This document shows positions 1-9,742 of a stretch of 49,495 bases of DNA, one piece after another. Below the pieces are notes generated by a model that saw nothing but the letters and a program-made list of their open reading frames with translations, did no database searches and was not told where the DNA came from. This stretch comes from Candidatus Allocopromorpha excrementigallinarum (GTDB lineage Bacteria; Bacillota; Clostridia; Peptostreptococcales; Anaerovoracaceae), in NCBI GenBank assembly GCA_018714925.1, contig DVMP01000163.1, positions 1-49,495 of the forward strand, given 5' to 3'. The position numbers and the translations under genes were made by a program. Position 1 is the stretch's first letter, and every line of letters begins with the position of its first letter.

Positions 1-314
1 ATGCGTGGAAATACAGCCACATAGTGCTGGCTTCTGTAACCTATAACCTGGGCATATATCCTGTAATGCACAATTTCCTTATGGACATGAAGGCCTTAAA
101 TCTGCGAAACAGAACCTTCGCCATTATAGAAAACGGCTCCTGGGCGCCTAAATCAGGAGACCTTATGGAGGAATTCATAAATGAGGAGCTTAAGGATATG
201 ACGGTATTAAACGAGCGTCTTTCAATAGCCTCCTCCATGCTTCCCGACAAGGCGAAGGAGCTAGAGATTCTGGCCGACGCCATAGTGGACTCGGTGAAGG
301 GAATGGAGGAATAA
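1..314 (+). CDS. fprA: FprA-family flavodiiron protein, C-terminal flavodoxin domain (5'-truncated by window edge)
   Basis: Frame is open from position 3 (AWKYSHIVLASVTYN...). ASVTYN and ENGSWAP match the flavodoxin-like FMN-binding loops of A-type flavoproteins. Confidence 0.85.
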   Translation, partial: AWKYSHIVLASVTYNLGIYPVMHNFLMDMKALNLRNRTFAIIENGSWAPKSGDLMEEFINEELKDMTVLNERLSIASSMLPDKAKELEILADAIVDSVKGMEE

Positions 315-333
315 ACCAGTAACAGCAATATTG

Positions 334-362
334 GAGAAGGTCTTAAGGCCTTCTCTTTTTTT
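334..362 (+). terminator. Rho-independent terminator after fprA
   Basis: GAGAAGGTC-ttaa-GGCCTTCTC stem followed by a run of 7 T. Confidence 0.85.
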
Positions 363-447
363 GAAGAAAAGAAAGGTAAATATGTTTGGTCGACACGGAA
401 GCTGATGTTATAATATTATGACATATAGTTGTGCGGGAGGAGCTGTT

Positions 448-1842
448 ATGGCCAGAGAACACGATCTTTCTTATGAGGAATGTCTCATGATACTTGAGCA
501 TATACAGGGACTGGTAGTTATAGACAAAAACGAGAAGGTAAAATACCTGTCCCCGGATATGAAGGAGAGAATTAAAATATTCGGTGATTTCGACGAAGAA
601 ACCTATATAGGAGCAGATATAAATGAGATACACCCTATGAGTAAGATTACTAACGCTCTTAAAGGAAAAAAAGAAGATGCGCTGGTATTTTATATGGCCT
701 CGGGGTTTCCCAATATGGCAAGGGTAAAGCCGCTGATAAAAGACGGCAGGGTGGAAGGCGCTATAGATTATGATCTTCTTAAATCAAGTGACTGGGAAGA
801 GTTTCTTGGAAATATTGAGCAGGCCTCAACAGGAGGCGGTCTGAACATACAGGAAAATCTGGTGGCGCTTATGAACAAATCCCTTGAAAGAAAGGGAGCG
901 AAATACAGTATAGATACAATAATAGGCAGCAGCAGACAGATAGCGGAGCTGAAGCAGGATATAAGAAGGGCGGCATCTTCAGATTCACAGGTTCTTGTCA
1001 GAGGCGAAACAGGCAGCGGAAAGGAGCTTATCGCGAATTCCATACATCATCTGTCCCGCCGTGCAAACGGACCTATGATAGAAGTAAACTGTGCGGCAAT
1101 ACCTGAAACACTAATGGAATCAGAGCTTTTCGGATATGAACCCGGGAGCTTTACGGGAGCCAAAAAAGAGGGGAGCAAGGGCTTTTTTGAAATGGCAGAT
1201 AAAGGGACTCTATTTTTAGACGAGATAGATCATCTTGCGTACCACGTACAGCCGAAGCTGCTCCGAGTTTTACAGGAGGGCGAAGTTGACCGCATAGGAG
1301 GAAGCAAGGTGGAGGTGGATGTAAGAGTTATAGCGGCCACCAATAAGGATATACGAAAAATGGTTGCTGATGGACTGTTTCGTGAAGACCTCTATTACAG
1401 ATTAAATGTAATAAATGTGGAGGCTCCTCCTTTACGTGAGCATAAGGAGGATATACCTCTGCTGGTGGAAAGCCACCTGGAAAAGCTTAACAGGAGAGGA
1501 AAGCATGAAAAAATTCTTGATGAAGAGGTATACGATCTTTTTTACAAATATGACTGGCCGGGGAATACCAGAGAACTGTTTAATCTTCTGGAGCGTGGAT
1601 TCGCCATGTCTGAGAAGGACAGAATAACTGTGAAAGAATTTGAGGAAATGTTCATGGAGATTCTGAAAACCTCCCAGGAAACAGAAGGCAAAACTCTTCA
1701 GACAATAAGAGATGATGCGGAAAAAGAAGCTATAAGGAAAACTCTGGAGTTTTTTAAGGGAAATAAAAGCAAGGCCGCCAACCAGCTTGGAATTACAAGA
1801 AGTAATCTTTATCACAAAATAAATAAGTACGGACTTGAGTGA
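448..1842 (+). CDS. Sigma-54-dependent enhancer-binding activator (PAS-like sensor, AAA+, Fis-type HTH)
   Basis: Walker A GETGSGKE, ESELFG..GSFTGA loop, LFLDEI, FREDLYYRL, WPGN.REL and C-terminal HTH (NKSKAANQLGITRSNLY). Start moved to ATG 448 because GGAGGAG lies at 436-442. Extended -10 TGtTATAAT at 406-414. Confidence 0.95.
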   Translation: MAREHDLSYEECLMILEHIQGLVVIDKNEKVKYLSPDMKERIKIFGDFDEETYIGADINEIHPMSKITNALKGKKEDALVFYMASGFPNMARVKPLIKDGRVEGAIDYDLLKSSDWEEFLGNIEQASTGGGLNIQENLVALMNKSLERKGAKYSIDTIIGSSRQIAELKQDIRRAASSDSQVLVRGETGSGKELIANSIHHLSRRANGPMIEVNCAAIPETLMESELFGYEPGSFTGAKKEGSKGFFEMADKGTLFLDEIDHLAYHVQPKLLRVLQEGEVDRIGGSKVEVDVRVIAATNKDIRKMVADGLFREDLYYRLNVINVEAPPLREHKEDIPLLVESHLEKLNRRGKHEKILDEEVYDLFYKYDWPGNTRELFNLLERGFAMSEKDRITVKEFEEMFMEILKTSQETEGKTLQTIRDDAEKEAIRKTLEFFKGNKSKAANQLGITRSNLYHKINKYGLE

Positions 1843-1861
1843 GATAAGGCTTAAGAGGGTA

Positions 1862-1965
1862 GTGTATTATTTGTTGACACTGTTAATAAATAATACATAT
1901 GGGAAGGCTGTAAAAACAGGGCAATGAATAAAAATGGAAAAAACAGGTGTCTGATTTTTTGACGC
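1862..1965. promoter_or_regulatory. Two candidate upstream activator sequences for the sigma-54 activator
   Basis: GTGTATTATTTGTTGACAC (1862-1880) and GTGTCTGATTTTTTGACGC (1947-1965) are both GTGT-N11-ACRC palindromes, 85 bp apart, upstream of a -24/-12 promoter. Confidence 0.65.
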
Positions 1966-2024
1966 CTGTTTTGCTTTTATTGAAAAGACTCTTGAAATTT
2001 CAAGATCTCCAGAGATCTGTAAAA

Positions 2025-2040
2025 TGGCATGAGTGTTGCT
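2025..2040 (+). promoter_or_regulatory. Sigma-54 (-24/-12) promoter
   Basis: TGGCATGAGTGTTGCT: GG-N10-GC with exact spacing, close to consensus TGGCACG-N4-TTGCW, directly downstream of an activator gene. Confidence 0.92.
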
Positions 2041-2087
2041 AACAAATATAAATGATTTGCAAATCAAAAGAAGAAAGGAGAAATAAC

Positions 2088-3536
2088 ATGGGAGAGGCTA
2101 AAACAAAACTTCACAAAATAAAGGTATATTTATCATACGCGTCAGGGCAGATCCAGGATGGAATACCCTATAACTTTATTAACTACTATCTGCTTATGTT
2201 CATGACAGATATGGCAGGTCTCAGTCCTGCTCTTGCGGGAACTGTATTGTTTATTGCCGTTATATGGGATGCTGTTACAGATCCTACGGTAGGATATATC
2301 TCAGACAATCTGAAAAGCAGAAAGGGCAGGAGGAGGCCGTTTCTTATCGGTTCCATGGTGCCGCTGCTTATATGTATGCTGCTTCTGTTTGCGCCTTTTA
2401 ATATTCCTGACAGTTTTAAGTTCATTTATTACCTCATAGTTACGCTGATGTTCTGGACGGCAAACACCTGTTACAGCATTCCTTTTAACTCATTTGGAGC
2501 GGAAATTGTAACAGATACAAATGAAAGAAATAACATGAAGACCATATGCGGCTTCTTTCTTTATTTCGGCGTCTGGCTCGCTACAGCGGGACCGCAGTTT
2601 GTTCAGTCAATTACGGGGCAGATGGGAATAAGCGAAAAGACCGGCTGGTTTTACGCAGCTCTCTTTATGGGACTGATAGGCTGTATATCTGCGGCCGTCT
2701 GCTGGCGCGCAACAAAGGGAATGGAGGTTTTGCCTGCCGAAGCTGATTCAAGGGAGGCTGAAGGAGAAGAGAAAAAAGGCGTTAAGAAGGCTGTGAAGGG
2801 TATTTATGATACCTATAAAATTCTTTTAAAAACAAGGTCAGTGAGAATAATATGTCTTATGGCTCTCGCCTACAATACATTCTTTGCCATAAAGGCTACC
2901 GGGTTTGTATATCTCATGGATAACAATCTTACTCTTGACGCAGCCATGCAGGCCCTGTTCTGGACTTTGGCGGCGGTGCTCAATTATATTACACTGCCTA
3001 TCCTCAATATTATTTCCAATAAAATAAGCAAGAGAGCTACCTTTATACTTATGTGGGCATTGATGATAGGGTTCGCGGCAGTATTTGCCATAGTACAGAT
3101 AACGTCCTTTGGAGTTCTTATCGGATATCAGGTTATTTACGCCTTTGCCAACGTATGCTTCTGGATAATAGGATATTCTCTGGCTTATGATTGTGTAGAG
3201 GTTGTGGAGTTTCAGCATGGAGAAAATATGAGCGGAAGCATTATAGGACTTTTTACCTTCTGTCAGAAGCTGGGGTACGCTATCGGAGGCTGGGTAGCGG
3301 GAATGGGACTTGCAGTAATAGGATATAACGCCGCACTTGAAGTTCAGTCGGCTCAGGTCCAGGTAGGCATAAATACTCTCCTTACGGCAGTTCCGGGAGT
3401 GTTCCTGCTTATAGGACTGATACTCATGATAAGATTCCCTATAAATCGTGTAAAGCATGGCAGGCTTCTGAAGGCCCTCGCGAAGAAAAAGAACGGAGAG
3501 GAATACTCCACAGAAGGATTTGATGATATATTCTAA
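2088..3536 (+). CDS. MFS transporter, GPH/MelB-like cation symporter family
   Basis: About 12 hydrophobic segments; IWDAVTDPTVGYISD and KSRKGRRRPF are typical GPH motifs. AAGGAG at 2075-2080 supports ATG 2088 rather than 2052. Confidence 0.9.
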   Translation: MGEAKTKLHKIKVYLSYASGQIQDGIPYNFINYYLLMFMTDMAGLSPALAGTVLFIAVIWDAVTDPTVGYISDNLKSRKGRRRPFLIGSMVPLLICMLLLFAPFNIPDSFKFIYYLIVTLMFWTANTCYSIPFNSFGAEIVTDTNERNNMKTICGFFLYFGVWLATAGPQFVQSITGQMGISEKTGWFYAALFMGLIGCISAAVCWRATKGMEVLPAEADSREAEGEEKKGVKKAVKGIYDTYKILLKTRSVRIICLMALAYNTFFAIKATGFVYLMDNNLTLDAAMQALFWTLAAVLNYITLPILNIISNKISKRATFILMWALMIGFAAVFAIVQITSFGVLIGYQVIYAFANVCFWIIGYSLAYDCVEVVEFQHGENMSGSIIGLFTFCQKLGYAIGGWVAGMGLAVIGYNAALEVQSAQVQVGINTLLTAVPGVFLLIGLILMIRFPINRVKHGRLLKALAKKKNGEEYSTEGFDDIF

Positions 3537-3590
3537 CGGCTGCAAGGGGAGAAAGCTTAGGATTTATATGAAAGGAAAGGTGATTTTAAA

Positions 3591-4727
3591 ATGAAGAAAA
3601 GAGCCAGGGATCTGGGTATCCCTTTTGAAGGAATATGCGGAGTCAATAACGCCATTACAGACGTGGAAGGAGTAGAGGTAGGATACACCACTTTAATCAG
3701 GGGAGAGTCCGCGAAAGATACTGCACCTGCGGATGATTTTGCAAGAACAGGTGTTACGGCAGTTCTTCCGAGAGGAAAAAGCAGGAGCGCAGTGTTCGCG
3801 GGAAGACACGATCTCAATGGCAACGGCGAGCTTACGGGAACTCACTGGATAGATGATTCGGGATTTCTTCACGGCCCGATTATGATAACAAATACCCACA
3901 GTGTGGGAGTCGTCAGAGAAGCGGCGTCAAAGTGGATGATAGAGAACAATTATTTTTATCCGCTGATAAAGGACAATAAGGAGGTGCCGGGGATGGCGTT
4001 TTTCTATCCTGTGGTGGGGGAAACCTTTGACGGCGTACTCAACAATATAAACGGATTTAAGATAAAGGAAGAGCATGCCCTTGCTGCTCTCGAAAATGCT
4101 CACGGCGGCCCGGTGGAGGAAGGTAACGTGGGCGGCGGAACGGGAATGAGATGCCATGGCTTCAAGGGAGGAACGGGAACTTCCTCAAGGGTGGTTAAAG
4201 ATATTCCAGGCAAGGAATATACTGTAGGAGTTCTGGTACAGGCAAACCATGGGACCAGAGATGAGTTCAGAATTAAGGGAATTCCCTTTGGAAAGGAAAT
4301 AGCTGGCTTTGAGCAGGAGCTCCCCGGGCTGGCGCCAAAAGCAGGAGACGGATCAATAATAGTTATAGTGGCGACAGACGCGCCGATGATGCCATGGCAG
4401 CTTTCTAAAATGTGTAAAAGAGTTCCTCTGGGCATCGGCAGTCTCGGCTCCGGATGCCAGAATGGTTCGGGAGATATTTTTCTGGCTTTTTCCACAGCCA
4501 ATCCCGGAGCATTCAGCAAAGACACGGTGACAGTTGAAATGCTCTCTGACGAACAGATAGATCCTTTTTACAGAGCTGTTGTTCAGGCAGTGGAAGAGGC
4601 TATTTTAAATGCTATGGTGGCGGCGGAAACTATGGAAGGGAGAAATCTCAATAAAACATATGCCATACCTCACGATCAGATAAAGGCCATACTTAAAAAG
4701 TACGAGGCGCTTTTCAAAAATTGTTAG
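3591..4727 (+). CDS. dmpA: DmpA/BapA-like aminopeptidase (P1 / S58 family, self-cleaving Ntn hydrolase)
   Basis: RARDLGIPF, NAITDV.GVEVG, NGNGELTG, EGNVGGGTGM, autoprocessing site GDG/SIIV, GSGDIFLAFSTAN. Confidence 0.92.
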   Translation: MKKRARDLGIPFEGICGVNNAITDVEGVEVGYTTLIRGESAKDTAPADDFARTGVTAVLPRGKSRSAVFAGRHDLNGNGELTGTHWIDDSGFLHGPIMITNTHSVGVVREAASKWMIENNYFYPLIKDNKEVPGMAFFYPVVGETFDGVLNNINGFKIKEEHALAALENAHGGPVEEGNVGGGTGMRCHGFKGGTGTSSRVVKDIPGKEYTVGVLVQANHGTRDEFRIKGIPFGKEIAGFEQELPGLAPKAGDGSIIVIVATDAPMMPWQLSKMCKRVPLGIGSLGSGCQNGSGDIFLAFSTANPGAFSKDTVTVEMLSDEQIDPFYRAVVQAVEEAILNAMVAAETMEGRNLNKTYAIPHDQIKAILKKYEALFKNC

Positions 4728-4750
4728 CACTCTTTTAAGGTGAGTGCTAA
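4724..4750. promoter_or_regulatory. CIRCE element (HrcA operator) upstream of clpB
   Basis: Perfect TTAGCACTC-N9-GAGTGCTAA. Confidence 0.97.
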
Positions 4751-4757
4751 AAAAGTG

Positions 4758-4786
4758 TTGACTTTCATCTTTGGCAGAGTTAAAAT
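4758..4786 (+). promoter_or_regulatory. SigA-type promoter of clpB
   Basis: TTGACT-17 bp-TAAAAT. Confidence 0.85.
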
Positions 4787-4868
4787 ATATTCAGGTAATG
4801 GGATAAAAGGGAAATTTTTATCAAAAAATACCTGATATGAATTTTGAACAAATCGGAGGTGAGTGATC

Positions 4869-7466
4869 ATGAATATAGATAAATATACTGAAAACGCCCA
4901 GGGAGCTATAATAGACTGCCAGAATATAGCAATAGAGGAAGGACATCAGCAGATAGACGGAGAACATCTCCATCTGGCCCTTCTCATGCAGAAGGATGGT
5001 CTGATTCCCAAGCTTCTTAAGTTCATGGGAGTCAACACGGGAGAGATGATAGGAGCCCTGGAGGCTGAAATCGACAAGCTTCCAAAGGTGTCGGGAAGCG
5101 CTGAGTCGATGTATTCCACAAGAAGACTTCAGCAGATATTCTTAAACGCCGAGAAAAAGGCGGAGAAGATGAAGGATGAGTATGTGAGCGTTGAGCATCT
5201 TTATATGGCTCTTCTCGATGAGAGAAACACGCCTTCAGCGGCCCTGCTGAAAAAATACGGAATAACAAGGGATAAATTCCTGGATGCTCTCAATAAAGTA
5301 AGAGGGAACCAGAGAGTTACCAGCCAGAACCCTGAGGAAAACTACGACGCTTTAAATAAATACGGAAGAGATCTGGTGGAAATGGCCAGAGACGGAAAGC
5401 TGGATCCTGTAATAGGAAGGGACGGCGAAATAAGACATACCATACAGATACTTTCCAGGAGAACAAAAAACAACCCTGTTCTTATAGGAGAACCGGGAGT
5501 GGGAAAAACAGCCGTGGTTGAAGGTCTGGCTCAGAGAATACTCAACGGAGACGTACCGGAGGGACTTAAGGACAAGACCATATTCGCCCTCGATATGGGC
5601 GCGCTTATAGCGGGAGCCAAGTTCAGAGGAGAATTTGAGGAGAGACTTAAGGCTGTTCTCAATGAAATAGAAAAATCCGAAGGAAGGATAATACTCTTTA
5701 TAGATGAGATTCACAACATAGTGGGAGCCGGCAAGAGCGAAGGAGCCATGGACGCCGGAAACCTGCTCAAGCCTAAGCTGGCGAGAGGCGAGCTTCACTG
5801 CATAGGAGCGACGACCCTTGACGAGTACAGAAAGTACATTGAAAAGGACGCGGCTCTTGAAAGAAGATTCCAGAAGGTAATGGTTGATCAGCCTACTGTT
5901 GAGGATACCATATCCATACTGCGAGGTCTTAAGGAGCGATTTGAGATACATCACGGAGTAAGGATAACAGACGGCGCCCTTATAGCCTGCGCGACTCTTT
6001 CCGACCGGTATATAAGCGACAGGTTTCTGCCTGACAAGGCCATAGATCTTATGGACGAGGCCGCCGCCAGAATAAGGACGGAAATAGACAGTATGCCTTC
6101 AGAGCTCGATGAAATATCGAGAAAGATAATGCAGCTTGAAATAGAGAAACAGGCTCTTGGCAAGGAAACCGACGCCGGCTCAAAGGCAAGACTGGCAACC
6201 TTGGAAAAGGAGCTTTCCCATTTAAAGGATGAGAGCAACTCCATGAGAGCTCAGTGGGAGGGAGAAAAGAAGGCCATAACCCAGTCAAAGGCCCTCAAGC
6301 AGCAGATTGAAGACGTAAAGCATCAGATGGAAGAGGCTGAAAGAAATTACGATCTTGAAAAGCTGGCTCAGCTTAAATACGGAACTCTGCCGGAGCTTGA
6401 GAAAAAGCTTGAGGAGGAAAAGCAAAAGGCCGACGAGACAGACGGCAAGGAAGGAAGACTTCTTAAGGAGGAGGTAACTGAAGAGGAAATCGCCGAGGTA
6501 ATATCCGGCTGGACGGGAATACCTGTAAGCAAGCTGGTCGAAAGCGAAAGAGAAAAGCTTCTGAGGCTTCCTGAAATACTGCACAAGCGTGTCATAGGAC
6601 AGGAAGAGGGAGTTGAGGCTGTGGCCGAAGCCGTCCTGAGAGCGAGAGCAGGACTCAAGGATGAGAACAGACCGATAGGATCCTTTATTTTCCTGGGGCC
6701 TACGGGAGTGGGAAAGACAGAGCTGGCAAAGGCTCTTTCAGAAGCCCTCTTTGATTCCGAAAAGAACATGATACGTATAGATATGTCCGAATACATGGAA
6801 AAGCACTCAGTGTCCAGACTTGTGGGAGCGCCTCCGGGATACGTGGGGTACGATGAAGGCGGACAGCTTACAGAGGCTGTCAGAAGAAAGCCTTACAGCG
6901 TAATACTATTTGACGAGATAGAAAAGGCCCATCCCGACGTATTTAATATACTCCTTCAGCTTCTTGACGACGGAAGGCTGACTGACAACCAGGGAAGAAC
7001 AGTTGACTTTAAAAACACCATAGTAATAATGACCTCCAACATAGGAAGCAACTACCTTATAGACGGTATCAGCAAGGACGGCACAGTAAGCCCTGAGGTT
7101 AAACAGAAGGTAGAGGATGAGACAAAGAAATACTTCAGGCCTGAGTTCCTCAACAGAATAGACGAGATAGTAGTATTCTCGCCTCTTACAGAGGACCAGA
7201 TAGTCAAGATAATAGACATATCCATGAAGGATATAGAAAAGCGTCTTGAAGAGAGAAACATAACCCTTACCCTTACGGATAAGGCCAAGAAATACATCGC
7301 CGGTGAAAGCTACGACGCCGCTTACGGAGCAAGACCCGTTAAGAGATTCCTCCAGCGTAACGTGGAGACAGAGCTGGCGGGAGAGCTTATAAAGGGTACT
7401 GTAAAGGACGGAGACGATGTTATAATAGACAGCGACGGAGAAAAGCTGACATATTCAGCAAAGTAG
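4869..7466 (+). CDS. clpB: ATP-dependent chaperone ClpB
   Basis: Two AAA+ modules ([16 protein letters not shown]), N-terminal Clp repeats, long coiled-coil M-domain, [18 protein letters not shown] at 4855-4860 favours ATG 4869. Confidence 0.97.
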   Translation: MNIDKYTENAQGAIIDCQNIAIEEGHQQIDGEHLHLALLMQKDGLIPKLLKFMGVNTGEMIGALEAEIDKLPKVSGSAESMYSTRRLQQIFLNAEKKAEKMKDEYVSVEHLYMALLDERNTPSAALLKKYGITRDKFLDALNKVRGNQRVTSQNPEENYDALNKYGRDLVEMARDGKLDPVIGRDGEIRHTIQILSRRTKNNPVLIGEPGVGKTAVVEGLAQRILNGDVPEGLKDKTIFALDMGALIAGAKFRGEFEERLKAVLNEIEKSEGRIILFIDEIHNIVGAGKSEGAMDAGNLLKPKLARGELHCIGATTLDEYRKYIEKDAALERRFQKVMVDQPTVEDTISILRGLKERFEIHHGVRITDGALIACATLSDRYISDRFLPDKAIDLMDEAAARIRTEIDSMPSELDEISRKIMQLEIEKQALGKETDAGSKARLATLEKELSHLKDESNSMRAQWEGEKKAITQSKALKQQIEDVKHQMEEAERNYDLEKLAQLKYGTLPELEKKLEEEKQKADETDGKEGRLLKEEVTEEEIAEVISGWTGIPVSKLVESEREKLLRLPEILHKRVIGQEEGVEAVAEAVLRARAGLKDENRPIGSFIFLGPTGVGKTELAKALSEALFDSEKNMIRIDMSEYMEKHSVSRLVGAPPGYVGYDEGGQLTEAVRRKPYSVILFDEIEKAHPDVFNILLQLLDDGRLTDNQGRTVDFKNTIVIMTSNIGSNYLIDGISKDGTVSPEVKQKVEDETKKYFRPEFLNRIDEIVVFSPLTEDQIVKIIDISMKDIEKRLEERNITLTLTDKAKKYIAGESYDAAYGARPVKRFLQRNVETELAGELIKGTVKDGDDVIIDSDGEKLTYSAK

Positions 7467-7472
7467 AACTAA

Positions 7473-7525
7473 AGGAGCAGCCGCATTAACGAATAAAAAG
7501 CGTTAGTGCGGCTGCTCCTATTTTT
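7473..7525. terminator. Long-stem terminator, probably bidirectional, between clpB and the convergent gene
   Basis: AGGAGCAGCCGCATTAACG / CGTTAGTGCGGCTGCTCCT 19-bp stem followed by ATTTTT. Confidence 0.9.
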
Positions 7526-7540
7526 GTTTCCTGATTTTAC

Positions 7541-8074
7541 TCAGCTGAGCTTCATGTTGTCCATTCCCCTGTTTTTGATTCGGTGTATGTAGAAGTTGAT
7601 GATAAGGGTATATATATAGTCGTACAGCGTTAAAATCACTACTCCACCTATAATAAGCACGGCCACAGGCGCGTTAGGGAGGTCGATCCCTGCAAACAGC
7701 AGCTCCCTGAAGCCCAGAAGCCCCGCGCACATTACGGCGGCGAAGAAAAGAACCTTTACGGTTATCTGAAGCACAGCCTTAGGCAGCTTTTCTATGTAGA
7801 ACTTGAGAATACCGTAATATCCGAAGAAAAACACGTAAGGCAGAGCCGCCACCTTATTGGGAACGAGAATAAGTCCCAGTATGGAGGCCCCGGCGAAGAG
7901 TATGAGTCCGCCCCTTACATCGGTTTCAAGAATCATTACAGCCGTAAACAGAGAGCTTATGGCAAAGAGAGTGAGTTCTATTCCCGGCACTATGGAACCG
8001 GCGAACATAAAGACTATGGTAAGGGCAAGGCATATACCGCCCAGAGCCAGCCTGGAAGTTTTCGTCTGTTTCAA
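7541..8074 (-). CDS. Integral membrane protein of unknown function (about 5-6 TM)
   Basis: Almost entirely hydrophobic; TTG start with AAGGAG 6 nt upstream. Confidence 0.8.
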   Translation of the reverse strand: MKQTKTSRLALGGICLALTIVFMFAGSIVPGIELTLFAISSLFTAVMILETDVRGGLILFAGASILGLILVPNKVAALPYVFFFGYYGILKFYIEKLPKAVLQITVKVLFFAAVMCAGLLGFRELLFAGIDLPNAPVAVLIIGGVVILTLYDYIYTLIINFYIHRIKNRGMDNMKLS

Positions 8075-8147
8075 TTTACACTCCTTTTACAGTTAACTAA
8101 AGAGAAAGCCGCCTGTATAGGGCAGCGGCTTAAGCTTTTCGTGATCC

Positions 8148-8699
8148 TTATATGGCGTCGCAGCAGCAGTCAAAGCATATGTAGCACTGAAGAGCCTGGC
8201 AGCACATGTCGTCGTTTCTGCCGTAGCCTCTGCCGTAAGCCTGATTCTGGTATTGTCCGCCCATATTTATAATACGCCCGTAGGCCTGACTGTATTCTAT
8301 GTTGTTGGGATCCATGCTGGTAGCTGTCTGAAGCTTGTTTACGGCATCGTCATACCAGCCCTTTCTGTAGGAAAGCATACCGGACAGGAAGAACCATTCC
8401 GCGCTTCGGTCCCGTGTGCTGTTGAGTATTTTTTCGGCTGCTCTGAGATTACCGGAATCTATATGTCTTCTTACCTGAGCGTAGTCGGCTGATCCCACGC
8501 CTCCTCCGCTTCGGCCCTGTCCCTTCATGAGCATATCGTAGGCTTCGTTAATCTCCTGAAGCTTTTCCTCAGCCAGGTCCGAAAGAGGATTGTTCTGATA
8601 GCGATCGGGATGATACTTTTTAACAAGCTCCTTATAGGCTTTCTTTATTTCTTCTTCGGAGGCTCCTTCGGAGACTCCCAGCACTTCATATGGATTCAT
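8148..8699 (-). CDS. J-domain co-chaperone with TPR-like repeat and Cys-rich C-terminus
   Basis: NPYEVLG...KKYHPD J-domain; [17 protein letters not shown]...[11 protein letters not shown]-like segment; tail [18 protein letters not shown]. Start overlaps the upstream gene by 14 nt. Confidence 0.92.
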   Translation of the reverse strand: MNPYEVLGVSEGASEEEIKKAYKELVKKYHPDRYQNNPLSDLAEEKLQEINEAYDMLMKGQGRSGGGVGSADYAQVRRHIDSGNLRAAEKILNSTRDRSAEWFFLSGMLSYRKGWYDDAVNKLQTATSMDPNNIEYSQAYGRIINMGGQYQNQAYGRGYGRNDDMCCQALQCYICFDCCCDAI

Positions 8700-9624
8700 C
8701 TGCTTCTCCTTTTTCTTTTATGGATATGACCTCTTCGGTTTTCCTGTTCATGCCGAAATAGATCACATTCTCTATTATACCTTTATTTTTCCTAATATCA
8801 AGTAGCCCGGCGCATTTGCCCGTCATAGCCAGACTCTGAAAGAGATTGAACCTTAAAGGCTCCTCTATGCGGGCTCTGAATTCCTCGGCAGATTCCTTAT
8901 CCCTTTCGTAGCGGAAGCGGAAAAGAAGGGGATTATACGCTCCTGATTCTATGTTTTCCTCAATATCATCGGCGGCGTCTATAAGATATATCCATTTTCC
9001 CATGTGGTATCCCAGCTTTGCCAGAAGCTGAGCCGAGGTGAGATCCTCCTCCCGGGAAACCGAGCGCCAGTCTTCATAGGAGGCGTCGCCGTACAAAGTT
9101 TTTATGCCGAAAACGAAAAGGGTTTCCATTATCATGGAAAAGGCTTCCGCCGCCGCGTCGAGGCTGGGACAGTTTTCCCTTTCGAGAAGAGAAAGCTCCT
9201 TCAGCCGTGTCTCTACGGAGCTGCAGAGCTGAGGGTATTTTTTCAGGAGCTTTCTGCGAAGACGTCTGAAGGCCAGTGAAGCGGCCCTGGCTGAAAATTT
9301 CCCCTCATCCTTTACATCGTCAAGGATCTTGTACCATGCCAGAATAAGCATTACGTCAGCGGCGTAATCTATGGCTTTGTTTCTTATTACGGTTTTTTTC
9401 TGTATGTGATGGGCGATGCAGTGCTCCTGAGAAGGCAGGTCGGGCTCCCTGTCGAGAGACGCCAGGGTAAGAGCAAGAAAGGCGGCGTCGTAGCTTAAAA
9501 CCATCCGCGGTATCTGGCCGTACCTTTTTCCGATGGATTTGCAGATCCCGCAGTAATATCCGCAGTACACCTCGTATTCCCGAACCTTAAGTTCGCCCTT
9601 GTCTATTTTCACATAACCAAGCAT
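8686..9624 (-). CDS. DUF5685-family protein
   Basis: N-terminus MLGYVK...[30 protein letters not shown] and YLIDAADD...YNPL, recognised from memory of this family. Confidence 0.8.
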   Translation of the reverse strand: MLGYVKIDKGELKVREYEVYCGYYCGICKSIGKRYGQIPRMVLSYDAAFLALTLASLDREPDLPSQEHCIAHHIQKKTVIRNKAIDYAADVMLILAWYKILDDVKDEGKFSARAASLAFRRLRRKLLKKYPQLCSSVETRLKELSLLERENCPSLDAAAEAFSMIMETLFVFGIKTLYGDASYEDWRSVSREEDLTSAQLLAKLGYHMGKWIYLIDAADDIEENIESGAYNPLLFRFRYERDKESAEEFRARIEEPLRFNLFQSLAMTGKCAGLLDIRKNKGIIENVIYFGMNRKTEEVISIKEKGEADESI

Positions 9625-9630
9625 AGGACA

Positions 9631-9659
9631 AGAGTACCATAAAAGAATGATTATTTCAA
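9631..9659 (-). promoter_or_regulatory. SigA-type promoter for the DUF5685 gene (predicts a leaderless transcript)
   Basis: Minus strand TTGAAA-17 bp-TACTCT with TG extension; -10 ends 6 nt before ATG 9624; no Shine-Dalgarno. Confidence 0.65.
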
Positions 9660-9742
9660 ATGGAGAAAGGTGAAGATTTGCTGAAAGCTCAGCGTTTCTC
9701 CACCTTTTCTCAAGGGTTATACTATTGTTTGGTAATTTCTTT

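Noticed and set aside
4756-4778. CtsR heptad repeat at the clpB promoter (GTTGACT...TTTGGCA)
   Set aside because: Half-sites are degenerate and 6 nt apart rather than 3; TTGACT is explained as the -35 box.
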